This document shows, piece by piece, positions 47,480 through 61,000 of a stretch of DNA of 64,000 nucleotides (positions within the stretch are counted from its first letter, which is position 1; the number at the start of each line of letters is the position of its first letter). A program made the position numbers and the translations under genes. Source of the DNA: Blasia pusilla (Eukaryota). The stretch spans positions 30,566,001 through 30,630,000 of the forward strand of contig CM114271.1 in NCBI GenBank assembly GCA_050084515.1. Reading direction: 5' to 3'. A model generated the notes under the pieces. The model was not told the origin of the DNA. It did no database searches and saw nothing but the letters and a program-made list of their open reading frames with translations.

Positions 47480-48200
47480 CTACTTTGCATTTAGCATGGA
47501 GGATTTGGGTATGCTAAAGGGATCGGGGATCCGCATTGAGTTGTCGAGTGATACGCCGATCTTCCGACGATCCTACAGGTACAGTGATAATGAGAGGGCT
47601 CTGATTCAAAGTAGGAGCTAGGACTTGGTCAGAGCAGGACTAGTGGAGATGTCCCATGAGGAGTATGCATCTGCCACTGTCATGCTCGCCAAGAAGGATG
47701 TGCATGGCAACTCGACGGATAGGCGGATGTGTGGGGATTACCGACCTATCAATCGACAGATGAAGTTCGATAGGTATGCCATGCCCACCCCTGAGGAGAT
47801 CTTTGATGCGATTGGTCACGCAAAGGTCTTCAGTTCATTGGATTTGCAAGTCGGATACCATCAACTGCCTATCAGATTGGAGGATAGGCCGAAGACGGTA
47901 TTTTGGGGCATCGATCCTCACGGGAAGGATTGTTTGTACTAGTGGCGGTTCTTACCATTTGGGTTAAAGAACGCCCCGGTTGAGTTTCAAAGGGTCATGG
48001 ATAGGATCTTGGCTGAACTAGATTTTGCTAGGTGTTATATTGATGACATCATAGTCTTTAGCGCCACGGTTGAGGAGCATGAGCGACATCTAGAGGAGGT
48101 GTTTTGACGATTGCAATTACATGGGTTGAAGCTACATCCAGACAAGTGGAAGTTCTTCTACGACCAGATTGAGTACTTGGATCATACGATATACCCAAGG
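47480..48200 (+). pseudogene. pol: Reverse transcriptase domain (Ty3/Gypsy)
   Basis: RMCGDYRPIN, FSSLDLQVGYHQ, LPFGLKNAP, CYIDDIIVFS (YIDD at 48036-48047); stop at 47940. Confidence 0.95.
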
Positions 48201-48407
48201 GGCCTTGGTGTTCAACATACAATGGTAGAGGCTATCTCACGCATTCCACGCCCTACAAATGTGAGCCGTGTTCGCGCATTCATGGTATTGGCGAACTTCT
48301 ATCAGCGGTACGTTAAGGGATTCAGTTTGATTGCGAAGCCCTTGACCTTGCTGACAAAGGTGGATCATGAGTGGCAGTGGGGGGATGAGCAAGAGTGAGC
48401 ATTTCAG

Positions 48408-48835
48408 TTGCTAAAGGATAGGTTGATGTCTGCGCCCATCTTGAGGAGACCGATCCGGGGGCGTCCTTTCCAGTTACACACAGATTGGAGCATGTTGGGG
48501 CTTGGAGCGGTGCTCACCCAACATGATGATGAGGGTAGAGAGTTCGTGGTGGCTTATGCTAGCCGCTCAAACAACGCTGCAGAGGCGAAGTACAGCTCGT
48601 ATGAGGGTGAGTGCTTGGCTGCGGTGTGGGATGTCGCGCATTTCAGGTGTTACTTATTCGGAAACCCCTTTACCATCATCACTAATCATCAACCACTGAA
48701 GTGGTTGATGGAGTCTGACAAGCTTACAGGGAAGCTTGCAAGATGGACTCTATTGCTGCATGAATATGATTTTCAGGTGATACATAGACGTGGGACGCTC
48801 AACCGGGATGCAGATGGGTTCAGTCGTAACCCATG
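48408..48835 (+). pseudogene. pol: RNase H domain (Ty3/Gypsy)
   Basis: FQLHTDWSMLGLGAVL, VAYASR, YSSYEGECLA, NHQPLKWL, ARW, NRDADGFSR. Confidence 0.93.
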
Positions 48836-49199
48836 CCCGAGTCAACGAGATGCGACTAGAGCTCGATGGCATGGAGAGAGTGATGAGGAGTCAGTGCCAG
48901 GATGGCACGTGTTAGCCTATTTAGGCATGTTGGCTATGGAGAGCCAGAGTGTGGAGACTTCGATGGCGAGGTCTAGTGGAGAGTCCTTGGATCCCGAGGC
49001 CAGTGAGGAGACGACAGGTGGCCGAGATATTCATGATAATGGAGTCGTCTTGGAGTACCTTTGTACTGGCAGCGTTGCGAGCACTATGGATGCTAGAGAG
49101 CGAGATCGGATCCTACAGCGGGCCAGACGGTTCCGTTGGGAGGGGACACATGTTTTGAGGGTTTGGGATGATGGTAGAGTACGCGTAGTGTCACATCCT

Positions 49200-50160
49200 T
49201 TGCTGAGAGCACGACTAGTGCAGCATGGCCATGAGGAGTTGGGTCACTTTGGGATGAAGCAGACGTACAGCTTCCTCCAGATTCAATATTAGTGGTGAGG
49301 CATGCAGACGGACGTTCAGCAGTTTGTTGCCACGTGCATGGTGTATGATCGGGTCCGAGCATCGTTCAATGCTCCGACTCCACAGTTGTATCCATTACCA
49401 ATCATAGGCTTAGGGTATAGATGGAGTTTGGATTTTGCAGGACCTTTGCCTTTGACGGAGCGTCATAGTCGTTATGTATTGGTGATGGTCGAACACTTCT
49501 CGAAGTGGATCGAGTTGGTTGCATTGCCTGACAAAGCGAGTGAGGGAGTAGCTTATGCCTTCCTTGACAGAGTGTTGAGTCATTATGGCGCACCGGCTCA
49601 GGTGTTGACAGACCAGGGTACCGAGTTTCGCGGTGAGTTCCAGGCCTTGTGTGATCAAGCGCTCATTGACCATCGTACGACTTCGTGAGATCATCCTGAG
49701 GCGGATGGATTAGCGGAGAGAGTTGTGTAGACGGTGAAAAGGAGTTTACGCAAGTATGGCTTGCAAAGAGGCCACCTAGGAGATTGGGACATCCAGTTGC
49801 CCTGGTTGGCGATGGGATACAGATTCAGCACGCAGGCATCCTTAGCGTCTTTTTCACCGTACTTGCTATTTTATGGCCAAGAGCCAGATTTACTTGCGGC
49901 CATTCGTCGAGATGCTGGTGAGGTGCTGGACCTTGATGACCTAGACATATGGATGCGAGCATATTCTCAGAGGGCTGAGTTGTTTCGGAGAGTGATGCCC
50001 ATGGTGTTCGAGAACTTGGCGATTGCGCAGCATCGGGATACGTTGAGGTATGCAACTATTCGGGGTGGTGGTTATCGACCAACTATCTGGAGGTTTCATC
50101 AGTGAGATTATGTCTACTTGCAGTAGACGGTACCGACGATGTTGGATGTGACTGCAGGGT
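49200..50160 (+). pseudogene. pol: Integrase (zinc-binding region plus DDE core), C-terminally truncated
   Basis: HEELGHFG...CMVY (degenerate HHCC), WSLDFAGPLP, VLTDQGTEF, HPEADGLAER. Stops at 49290, 49296, 49686, 49728 and 50103. Homology ends near 50160. Confidence 0.93.
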
Positions 50161-51300
50161 GCTCATTCTCTCTTTGTTGAACCTCTTGGCATGAGGCGGC
50201 GGAGCTATGGTCCCTTACCTTGTGAGTGTAACCCAAGCCTTTCATTAGGAGAGTGGGTTTGGTTTGACATGAGAGAGAGTGCACACCTTTGAGAGCTATG
50301 GTGTGAGATTGTGTAGAGAGAGATTGGATCTTACTTTATTGGAGATATTTTGGTACTTCTTGTCTCGTTGTTTGGATGCCATGAGTTAGCATGGGATCGT
50401 GCGTGTTTGTGTGTGTGTTCGGTGACAGCCATGTATGCTGTGTAGCGATGTGTATGCGCACGATACAAGGGTTTCCTATATTGTGAGAGTTTGGAGCAAC
50501 AAAGTACTTACAAAATAGTTGAAAGCAAAGTTGAGTACTTTGCAAGTAAAGCACTACCATGACTTGCAAAGTAACCATTTTCTGCAAGTATATTTTGTGA
50601 GTATGAGGACTCGCAAGACTCCTATGTCTACAACTTAGACTCACATGGAGGATTCAAACACAGAGAATGTTAGATAAGTGAGAATCACAATCTTTTGAGG
50701 AGTATTGCTAACAACTCCAAATTGATCCCTTGGGAGTATTACGTTCTAATTGCGTGTCACAATAAACTTACAAGTGGAAAAAAAATTGCAAATTGATGAG
50801 AGACGGGAAGATAAGGGAGAAAGAGGAGTGTGAGATGTTACATCACGAGATATTTGGGTTGTTTATATATATATAAAAATAAAATTATAAAAATTAAAAA
50901 CTCATAATTTTCTAAATCTATATATATAAAATTATCAAAATCTATTCATTAACATAAGAGAATTCACCACATGTCTTTTCTTTTGAATCTTAGCATGGGT
51001 AGGAAGCATTAAGTAACTAACGGGGCCTTAGGGATCCTAACTAGTAAATAATTATTTTGAAGCCGGCCATAGCTCACCTCGATGGATAGTGCTTACTCTA
51101 TTATGTATGGGTCTACATCAAACTGCACCATGAGGAACGTACGTACGTCACCGCAAACTTCCACCCCTATTAGATGGACACTAACATAGAAATGATGGAA
51201 TGACTCACGATTCTCTCAATAATCTTGTCGGTAAAATTGAGAGTCAAGTATTCTGAATACTTGACTCTCAACTTAGAAAAAAAATTTGACCAGTCTTTCT

Positions 51301-51380
51301 TCGCGAGACTCTAAGGATGCATAAGCTTCATGGAAGCACTCGCGAGACTCTAAGGATGCAAAAGATTCATGGAAGCACTC
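51301..51380. repeat. 39-bp tandem duplication
   Basis: TCGCGAGACTCTAAGGATGCA.AAG.TTCATGGAAGCAC occurs twice. Confidence 0.9.
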
Positions 51381-53839
51381 AGGGAAGGTTATTGCACCGG
51401 TCCACACTTGCTGTCGAGTATAGCATTTGCGATCCTGTCGCTGAATATTTGGCAAGCCATGTAATGTATATGTTAGATCCAGATGCACGAGCTACTTCTA
51501 TCCACTATCTATAGCGATTGAGAAGCTCATCTACATTAGTAGGTCACGAGTGTTGGGCCGCCATCTTTTAGTAGACATGCGGAGTTGTGACCTTCTTGCA
51601 AGTTCATGGGAACCATAGCGCGCTCAAAAGATGTCGCAAGGCAATCTTTTGAGGGCGGACAGAACGCAAATTAAAGGCTGAGATGGTTACTTGGCGGAAC
51701 GTTACTCCATCTACATGTAGATAGGTTGAGTGACATCATGGGCGAGTTTCATCTCTTCTTCAAGTAACTTGCATGTTCTTCGAATGAAGTTCTTTAGTCT
51801 TTGTCAAGAGACTGGAAGAGTACTCGAAACGCTCATGTCTATGGGGTGCCACTCCTTTTACACGAAGGGAGAGTCGACCTTACTTCGTCATGAAATCTTT
51901 TAGCTCACCAGTTTCACTCTCACAATCTTCCGGTACAAGACGCAAAAGCTGAGTTTCAGTAAATTGAGTAAGCACTCGAGCGAACCTAGAAACCAACTGA
52001 AAGTAAGAGATGCAGGAGAACTGTAGAAATTTTGCACAGTAAGTTTGCGATCCAGGGACTGCATTCCTTCCAAGTCAATCATGATGGTCGACTCCAGAAA
52101 AGGTGGGAAACATGGCCACAAGTTCAGGCAGTAGTCGCAAACTTCGGCTGTTCATTTGCCATCCAGTTCAGTGCACTGCCCACACGGACGACCTGACCGC
52201 TTGAGACTCACCCCCAGCGAGAACTCAATGCGAAATTCTTACGGTGGTGATATCCATCGACGGAGCAAACCACTCGACCACCCGGGTCATCATACAAGTG
52301 AAGGTTCCTGCCCCAAGTTAGATCCTGAAGTCTTTGATGTCAGTCGTGCATGAGCTAGCAACACGGCATGGCACTCACAAACAGAATACGAGTAACAAAA
52401 TTTCATAAGATCGTGCTCCCGCTGCAACGAACCAATTACCAGGATCAGAAAAATACCAGACTCGTAAGATTCTGCTCGAACTACGAGCGAGAAATTAACT
52501 GAGATTCTAGTGTTCCGGGTCTGTGATTCCTCCCACGTCAGTAGTCGCGCTTCACCTTCTCCAAGTGTCTGTGTTTTTGAACTTGGGTAACGTGGATAGT
52601 GTGATTCCGGAGCGAGGCACGGTGTACCGGACGCTGTCGATTCCGAGAACAGACCGTGCTCCACTCCAGGTCCTACTGTTTTCCCTGACGTGCACCAATT
52701 GGCTACTGCCAGGGTAGCCTGAGGGGGAGAGGAGTCGTAGGAGGATCACAACGATGAGTGTGATGGACATGGTCTGGAGGATGGCTTTGCTACGCCTAGT
52801 ACCTGGACCCATCTGGTTGGACCACGAGTCCCACTGCCGGCGGTATTATAAGACGCTCCACAATCAGGTCACACTCAGTGATTCAGCTCATCCGAGTGGT
52901 TGACTTCCGTCAGTGAGGTAGATGACTATGAGATGACTGCTGGACAAGAGCTGCCGTAGGCGTCAAATTGAGAGCATATTATATATATCATTCAGCTCTG
53001 GGACCAAAGAGCAGGGGATGGCACATAAAAAACAAGGTCTTCCGGTCTGAGGTCACAACCTCCCTAAATGAATCAGGTGGCAAAGAAAATGTGATTATCA
53101 TGCAGGGGCATGTCTCACCGCCCCAACAGATCGCAGAAGGCTTACCCTATTGGTTTGCGCACGTGGCACAGCTCAACGCACTTGAAAACCTAGAAAACTG
53201 CTGCCCCTAGGGCTCGGTCTGGCGGACGCCCCCAGACCGAGAGAGTAGACATGAATGATATTTTACATGGTTGGGTTTCGGTCCGAGGCACTCGCCATGA
53301 ATGAGGCGGATAGGATCTTCGTAAGAAAGATGAGTCCGCCACATCGATTTGAGCTGTCGAGAGATGTAACTCGAACGCACACGTGGAACGGCGGTTCTAT
53401 GCGTGAGCAGACCGGCGGTTAGGTGTCTCTTTACTGACTCTCGAATTAATCTCCCAATGATTCATGGGCTTCGTAGAGACGGTCTGTGTACGGCAGCGCA
53501 TACATCGCTGGGTTAGGTGGCAGACATCTAAGCTGTGATTTTAGAATAAGCTTTCCATGGGTTTGAGCGAGGTTGCCTTAACGGGAAGAAGAACATTCGA
53601 TTCCACGAATCTGCCAACTTTGTTTGATGTGCTCGATCATGTTACTGAATTTGAATTTTTCCTGGAAGCCCTGTTATTCTGGATAAATATCCGACGTTTG
53701 TATCAGTCACGGCGGAATTGGAGCGAACAGGATTCAGTGCACAAGCTTAGTTGGTGTTGGCATTGCGTTGATCTGCAGTAGTGAGAGGGTGGAATTATAC
53801 AGACTGCTAGTGGGTTTGCCATCGAGCTACACCGTGGGA

Positions 53840-56800
53840 ATGGGCGTGACCACCATCGCTGTGAAGGAGATCGCGGAGGCGTTAGCACGAGTTGCTCCCG
53901 CAGCCGATTTTGATTCAAGTGAAGTCGGGAAAGGCGATCGGACTGAGTGGAAGGTTCGAGTGAATCCCAAAGCGATAAACAGTTCAAATCCAATTCGCGC
54001 TATCACGGATGCGATAAAAGTGGACAATCGATCCGGAAAGCAGTTTATTTCCTTGGCTTTGGGTGATCCGGCAGCATGTGGCAAACACCTGAGGGTTCCT
54101 GATGCTGCAGTGTCCTCCGTAGTGGACGTTGCCCAGTCTTGCAAGCACAACGGCTACGCAGTGTCAAGCGGCCTTCCCGAGTGCCGGAGGTTTGATTCAG
54201 ATTGTCTTATCCACATTTTTCTCTCCTACATTTCTTGCATGCTTAGCTCTAAATTGGCAAAAGTATTCGCAGGTAGGGACCTGGATTCAATCTCTCGGAA
54301 TGTCCTCGAGTGATTTCCTGTCTGCTCGGAACCGAGTTTACTGCTTCAATTCGGAGAACTTCGATTTGCTTGTTCGCATCAATTGACCAACATGCATTTT
54401 TGTGAAAGGACCTTAATGAACTTGTAAGTTCAAGTGTTCGCTCAGTTTAGCTCAGTTCTTGCTCGAATCGAGAACCAGTGTCATGTTTATCGACAGTCCA
54501 CATATTAATGTCCATAATATTTGGAACCCGGAGCATTTGGACTGGTTCCTGGAGTTGTTGCACCTTCACATGAGCAACACCGGGAGGAGTAACGTGCGGA
54601 GATGTGACAGTCAGTGTAGGACAAGATCCCTTACCATTCTAGGTGCAATTGATCGCTCTGTTTACGAGGAGTCCTGTCTAGCGAGCTAAATGTTTAGATT
54701 CCGACAGAGGATTCTGTGTCTCATTCTTGTCGGGGCTTCGTACCCTGCCTGTTAAATAATCGACGGACGCGGCTGTAGTCCGAGGATAACAGACAGGTAA
54801 AATTCTTCAAGTTTAGGACTGTCAATGTCTTCATGCGAAGAATGGGTATGCCTCACATGGTTTAGTAACTCAGTTACATCATTTTTCCTTATTCTTTGTG
54901 GTGCAACAGGGCTGTGGCTGACCATCTGTCAGAGAAGCTACCTTTTCACCTTGCAGAACAAGATGTGATCATTACATCGGGGTGTAGCCAGGCGATTCAA
55001 GTCTGCCTCGATGCGCTCGCATACGAGGGATGCAACATTCTAGTTCCGAGGCCAGGATTTCCTATGTACGGGACATACTGCACCCTTCTGGGTGTGGAAA
55101 CTCGGCAGTATGATCTACTGCAAGGGAAAGACTGGGAAGTCGACATTGATCACCTCGTCTCATTGGTCGACAGCAAGACAGCTGCTATGCTTGTAGTTAA
55201 TCCTGGCAACCCTTGTGGTTCAGTCTACTCATATCATCACCTGGCAAAGGTGGGTGGGTGCTTCAGAATCTACCTTCGAACGTAAGGTTCCCAAAGCGCT
55301 GAATTTGTAACGAGTAGCCTTCGTGATGTTACGATCTCAGCTGTATTTTGTCACCAAAATAAGAAATCATGGAGACCTGACTAGCTGGAGTTCGGGCAGA
55401 TTGCAGAATTTGCGGAAGTTCTTCGATTACCGATCATAGCAGACGAAGTCTATGCTGACATGACTTTTGGTGGTCATGAATTCGTCCCGATGGCTGAGTT
55501 TTCTCTGCGTGTTCCCATGCTAACTGTCGGTGCAGTTTCCAAAAGGTGGCTTGCTCCAGGCTGGCGTCTTGGATGGATTGCTGTGTGTGATCCTCAAGGC
55601 ATTTTGGCCAAAGCCAAGGTTCGTCTTCTAACAGCTTTAGCCATGCTGGACTAAATTCAACTCATGCTGTTTAATTGATGTTCACTGTTATCTCAACGGC
55701 TTTCGGTTGCAGTCTTCCTCCCTTTTCGATTGTGCGCATTACGAATGTCCCCTTCCCTCAAGTATTTCAGACGTGCTGAAAAGTGAACTCATAGTCGAGT
55801 GCTTGTTGATTGTAAAAGTGCATGGAAGATTTTAAGCTGTGGTCTCTTGAGCATGCTTGAAGTTCGTGGTGTTTAAATAGTCAAATTTAATTACAAGTTT
55901 GGAATTTGTGAATCGCCTCGAAACCTTGCAGATCGTCGAGGCGATTCACAGGGTTATGCAGATAAAATTGGGACCTGCCACAATCATGCAGGTGAACAGC
56001 GGTGGCCTACCCTGATAATGATAAATCTATCCCTTCGTAGTACTGATCTTTCTCTTAAAACCAGCAATTTGAAAGGTATAGACTTAAGCCGGAATTCTAG
56101 TCTTGCTGCAGTTGAGACACGGGATGATCACTTCTTATGGTGGAAATTCGGGTATGGTTGGTGGTGAGCTTCGTTATTCACTGTGGGTTCCACTTTCAAC
56201 TGTATCAGGGTGCATTTTCGAGCCTACTTCGAGATACACCGTCCTCGTTTTACGAGAAGACCATCAGGTCTCTGGAGGCGGGGGCGAATTTATGTTACAA
56301 ACGAATCCAAAACATTCCTGGGCTTGATTGCCCAAACAAGCCACAAGGTTCCATGTTCATGATGGTAAGTTTATGTCGGCCTGGGGCAACCATTTCGAGC
56401 TGAAGGGAGTTGGGATTGTCGAGTCTTTTCATCACCCAGTCATATTTGAAGCTACAATGATCGTCAAAAAGCTAACAGCATTACAATCAGCATTGGAGAA
56501 GCCAGATAAGTTTCATTCTGATCTCAAATTTCGTCATGCAGGTGAGGATAAACCCTGCAATGTTCAACGGGGTAAGAGATGATGTGGAATTTTCACGTGC
56601 ACTTGTCCAGGAGGAATCAGTCCTCGTTTTGCCAGGTATGATCACTTTCTTACCCTCACTAAGAAAGCGTTGGTGCACAGTTTTAGGAAGGTAAGAGGAG
56701 TATCTGAAGCTGATCAGTCAGGTATCTACGATCGTAAGCCCAAAACACATTAAGAATAGATGAGTCTTGATATTTTTTTGGTTTCCCCAACACTATGATT

Positions 56801-58096
56801 GTTTTGTGTACTCGTGGATAAAAGCCATCGCCTTTTGCTTCCACAATTCAGAACTTCGAGTCAGAAACGTGATCGCATTTTCTCGAGAATTCTCAGTCAC
56901 TTCAACCTGGAAGTGTCCTCTATTCCCAGCACTTCCATTCATAATGCAAGTTTCAAAACAGGGTGTCCATGGGAATGCCGATATCATAGTACAAAAAGCC
57001 GAAACTGGACTATTTCAAACCAAACCCTTCCTTACCTGTTGGTATCCCAGATTGTGAAGTCATACTTCAGTAAGCCATGGACTCGATCGCTTCTGGCCAA
57101 TCCCTTTGTTTGGTATTTGCATGATATCCCAGATTGTCGCATCATATTCCAGTGAAAGTCTAATGATGTCAAGACTACTGAGCGCTCTCCTTGACCACGG
57201 CGCTTAGACCTTGTCCGGCCATTTACTTCCATAGTGTTCTCGATATAAGAATCCCACATACGATCCTCTGAGAACTCGGTGCTGACCACCATCACTTACA
57301 CCATTATTGGTCTAGTTTCGCCTCCTTGCCATCGAAGATCATCGCACTGCCCTCCAAAGAATTCGTCTCCATTCTCCACCGATCGCACTCCTGAACTGCT
57401 GGGGTTTCTACCTGGTTTCGTCTAGGTGACTGTAGATATCATCTTTCTGCTCTTCTGTACAGTAGGGGTAGTGGTCTTCAAAGGCTTGGCTAATCTGCCT
57501 GAAATAGGTCAGGAGTCCGCTATCCTTCCGTCTGAAAGATCTACACTAATGTAGAAACTTAGGTATGCGAATGCGGGGTCCTACTGGGCAGCAATGTATA
57601 ACTCTTAAGATACTTCCGGGGTCCTACTGGGCAGCAAAGTACCCGAGACTATAATATTTCCCGTAAACAGGTGTGTCGGATACATACGGGTGTAGAAACG
57701 TAGATATTTGTACCTCAATCCTACTGGGCGTGAAGCTTCTCACCCTAAACCGAGACGACCTTGATTTTGGATTAGTACTCTTTTTCGTGCATCTTTTGCA
57801 ATCGCGAGGCTTGAAACGTTTCTCAGCTCACATGAGAGGAATTCATTTTCAATTTTTTGAAGATGAAAATGGAAAGCAAGCTTAGCAGATGAAAATGTGT
57901 GTGACCTGCAGGTGCCGCATTCAATATAGCGAATTGGTTCCGGATTGTCTTCGCGTTGCCACTTTTAGATTTGATGGAGGCGTGGAATCGCATCGAAGCC
58001 TTCTGCATTAGGCATTCCTCTGAGGCCCAACGTGCTTTGCGAGACACTGAAGATCCAACGGTTATTTGCACTAACGGAAGGGTAGGTCAGGACTAA
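53840..58096 (+). CDS. TAT: PLP-dependent class I aminotransferase of the tyrosine/nicotianamine aminotransferase family, 7 exons, 467 aa
   Basis: Exons: 53840-54189, 54910-55249, 55400-55618, 55932-55991, 56209-56364, 56542-56635, 57912-58096. All introns are GT-AG and the total is 1404 nt in frame. Motifs: ISLALGDP, HNGYA..SGLPECRRAVA, TSGCSQAI, PRPGFPMY, NPGNPCG, IADEVY, SKRWLAPGWRLGW (PLP lysine), EESVLVLPG, NWFRI.FA. Substrate specificity cannot be read from the sequence. Confidence 0.94.
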
Positions 58097-61000
58097 CAAC
58101 AGCTCGAGCAATTGATGTTGACCACCACAATTGTAGCACTGTAAAAGCTAACTCGACATAAGCGGTGAACCTTGTGATAGAATATGGACGAATCTTAGTA
58201 TGTAAAAGTTCCAAAATTAAGTGACCAAATTGGGCTCAAGTCGAGTCGATACAAAGTTTGGGTCCTGCATGAGAATATTTATGAGCTCTTTGGGTTTTTG
58301 AAGTAAGAAGAGTGCAGATTTTATTGCCAATCACATTATAAATTGAATAACTAATTTGGATTTTCTAACTACTCACACCATCGAAAAGATGATGAATTGA
58401 ACCATCAACATTTCCTCGGCATCGATTTGGTTTGGATTGGCGCGCTTCCTAGAATGGTCCCTGGAGCTACAACCTCCAGGGTCGACGTAAGAATGCTAAC
58501 TAGTTAGCTAATGAAAAGTCGGATGCCACAAATCGAGAATTATAGATGAAAGAGATGGAGGTTGCGGCAAAACCTACAGATATACACCTCGGGAGATCTT
58601 AAAAGTATGCACGCATCATCAGCAGCAACTAGAATAGCCAACTTGAACTCACACATTTGGAAACTCGGCTGAGATATCTTTCGAAATCCCACAATTTGAA
58701 CGGAGAGGACAGATCTGTTCGAGACGAAAGAAAGGCGTGGCTCATTTAAACCTACTCTTGGCATAGTACGATAATTTTAATGCGCCGATCGCTGATCGAT
58801 CGGTGCGTGACAAAGTAGTGCGGCAGCGGATTCGCAGCGGATTCACACCTTCACTGGACATAACATATCCACATTAAGAACCGACTGTTTCTCTGTACAA
58901 TGCTCCTCCACATTACAGAAATATCCGTTTCAAATATCTAATTCATCATTCTATCCACTTGAAAAGAATTGATCAATTCACTCCTCAAACTCTGACCGTA
59001 CTTATAATACGGTCCACCAAATGCGTACCCCAAACCCGGGTAGGATTTGGTCTGAACCTTGGTGTACGGTTCGTTACCCTGGGTATGCTCTAGCGCTGCA
59101 ATGACCTTAGGCAATTAGAATTCCGTGTCCTAAGCATGTGTAAGCTCAAAATGCGTACACGTAGGTGGAAAGTAAACATGACATTATGCATATCTTCGAT
59201 CGGACTAAATTCCACCTGATTTTTTTGTTACACTAATGTTGTAGATAACGATGGATTCTCACCTTTGAATAGTGGTTCTACAAAATTGCAGTGTACTTGA
59301 GGGTTTGCCTTTGAGTGAAGCCACTTCGTCTATTTATATTTCTTGACTAGAGCTATGATCATGGTAGAGAGATACCGAAAAGGTCAGAGATACCGAGGGT
59401 CCTGAGATCATTATCACGTCAGAAACGAATCGGTGCTTCTTATCTGTATGGAATGATATTGGAGATCGAGCCAGACTCTATGATTTGCTGCAATCTGGGA
59501 GGAAAAATCACTTCTTCAAAGTTTTAAAATGCACTGACGAATTTCAGTTCGCTCCAGTCAACGCGAACCTCTGGCCGTTAACAGCCTAAGTCCATACCAA
59601 GGCCATCACAATTCAGTCCCGCAACAGCGAGGTCCACACAAATGCGTGACAGTCTGCTCGTAACACAAGATTAATGTGTTCAAAACCAAGAGCGCAGAGC
59701 ATCGATCGTCAGCTTCCTGGATGCAGACTGAATCCTCGATACATCTCAAAAGTCGGAGAAATCAAGTACCGTGAGCTTGATCTTGTCTGGCAGTTGCCCT
59801 GATCAGAGTCTGGTTGATCTCGAGTCTAGACCTGGTGACCGAGGAAAATTAATCAACTGCAAGCAATTGCGGAAACTGTTTTCTGTTCAAGTTAAAAAAT
59901 TGGAAACAGGATGAACTCTTTCCACAGAAGAGATCTGAATCTGCGGACCCTCACATCGAGACCCTCGGATTGTCTCCCGATCCAGTGAGTACCTTAAAGT
60001 AATAGAATCATCGATTCGGTTTTAAATCGTTGGTCTCAATTACAGGGAAAAAAGGTCACAACTATTCTGCAAACGTCATTTCCCTTTCGTAGGGACATCT
60101 GAAATGTAGGCTTCCTCCACAGGAAGTCATAGTCATTACAAACTGTTAGCTGCAGTAATTTTGAATTCAAAATCGACTCTAAGTGAAACCTTCTTCAGAT
60201 CGACCGAACGAATGCTATCCCCGATTCTTCCACCACTTCCTTGCTTGATGCGCCAGACAATCTTCATGCTCAAATTACCTTATTATTGGGGATCTATGTG
60301 GATGTGATGCAACAAGAATGCGGCCTTCTACTGGTAGGGTTAAGTTATTTTATCGCCGGGTGTGCACTGTAGCTTCCGTGAGAGCAAATATTTTGAGCCC
60401 TGTAGCCAGTACTGAGGTCTCGAGCTCCTTTGGTTTGCTGTTTTTGGCTGATTCCGGTAAATGCGAATACTCAGATGTGTCTGTTCGTACCTACATCTTC
60501 TCTCGCCTCGCCCCCAATTAAGGCCTGTACCGTCTTACTAGGTCTTCGAAGGTGATGCGCCTCGATAATATCCGACCTTCATAGGCTGATAACCATTTAA
60601 AAAAAAAATTTGACCAATCATATGGCGTCGAGAGGCTATTGTTATCATTCTTGTGGGGATCCCATAGAACGGTTACGATCGCCAAGCTTGGACTCCTCTA
60701 GTTATAATTGGGCTCCTTCTAGTTTTACATTCCCCCCTCCCACTCTATCCTTCTACCAAAATTTTGACTACCATGTCCATGAATAGTGTGGTGACCCCAA
60801 ACGTGGGGTGGGGTATTGTTAAAAAATATTAATTCAAAAATATAAGTGTACAAATAGTTAGAAAAGAGACCATATAAGTAAAGAGACTTATTATAAGGGC
60901 ATTAACGGAAGTCTTCCCAAGGAGGAGATACAAACAAACCTTTTTTTTTTTTTAGTAGTTTTAGAGACATTGCTTAGGCATGGGACATATGTATGCTTTC

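Larger units (their letters stand above)
41203..50465 (+). mobile_element. Ty3/Gypsy retrotransposon (decayed) with domain order gag - protease - C5 DNA methyltransferase - RT - RNase H - integrase
   Basis: Starts TGTCACGTC and ends GCGCACGATA (the family end CACGACA with a C>T change). CAAG lies immediately on both sides (41199-41202, 50466-50469), and TTGCAAGT-rich host sequence continues on both flanks. RT-RH-IN order is Gypsy-type. Many in-frame stops. Confidence 0.93.
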
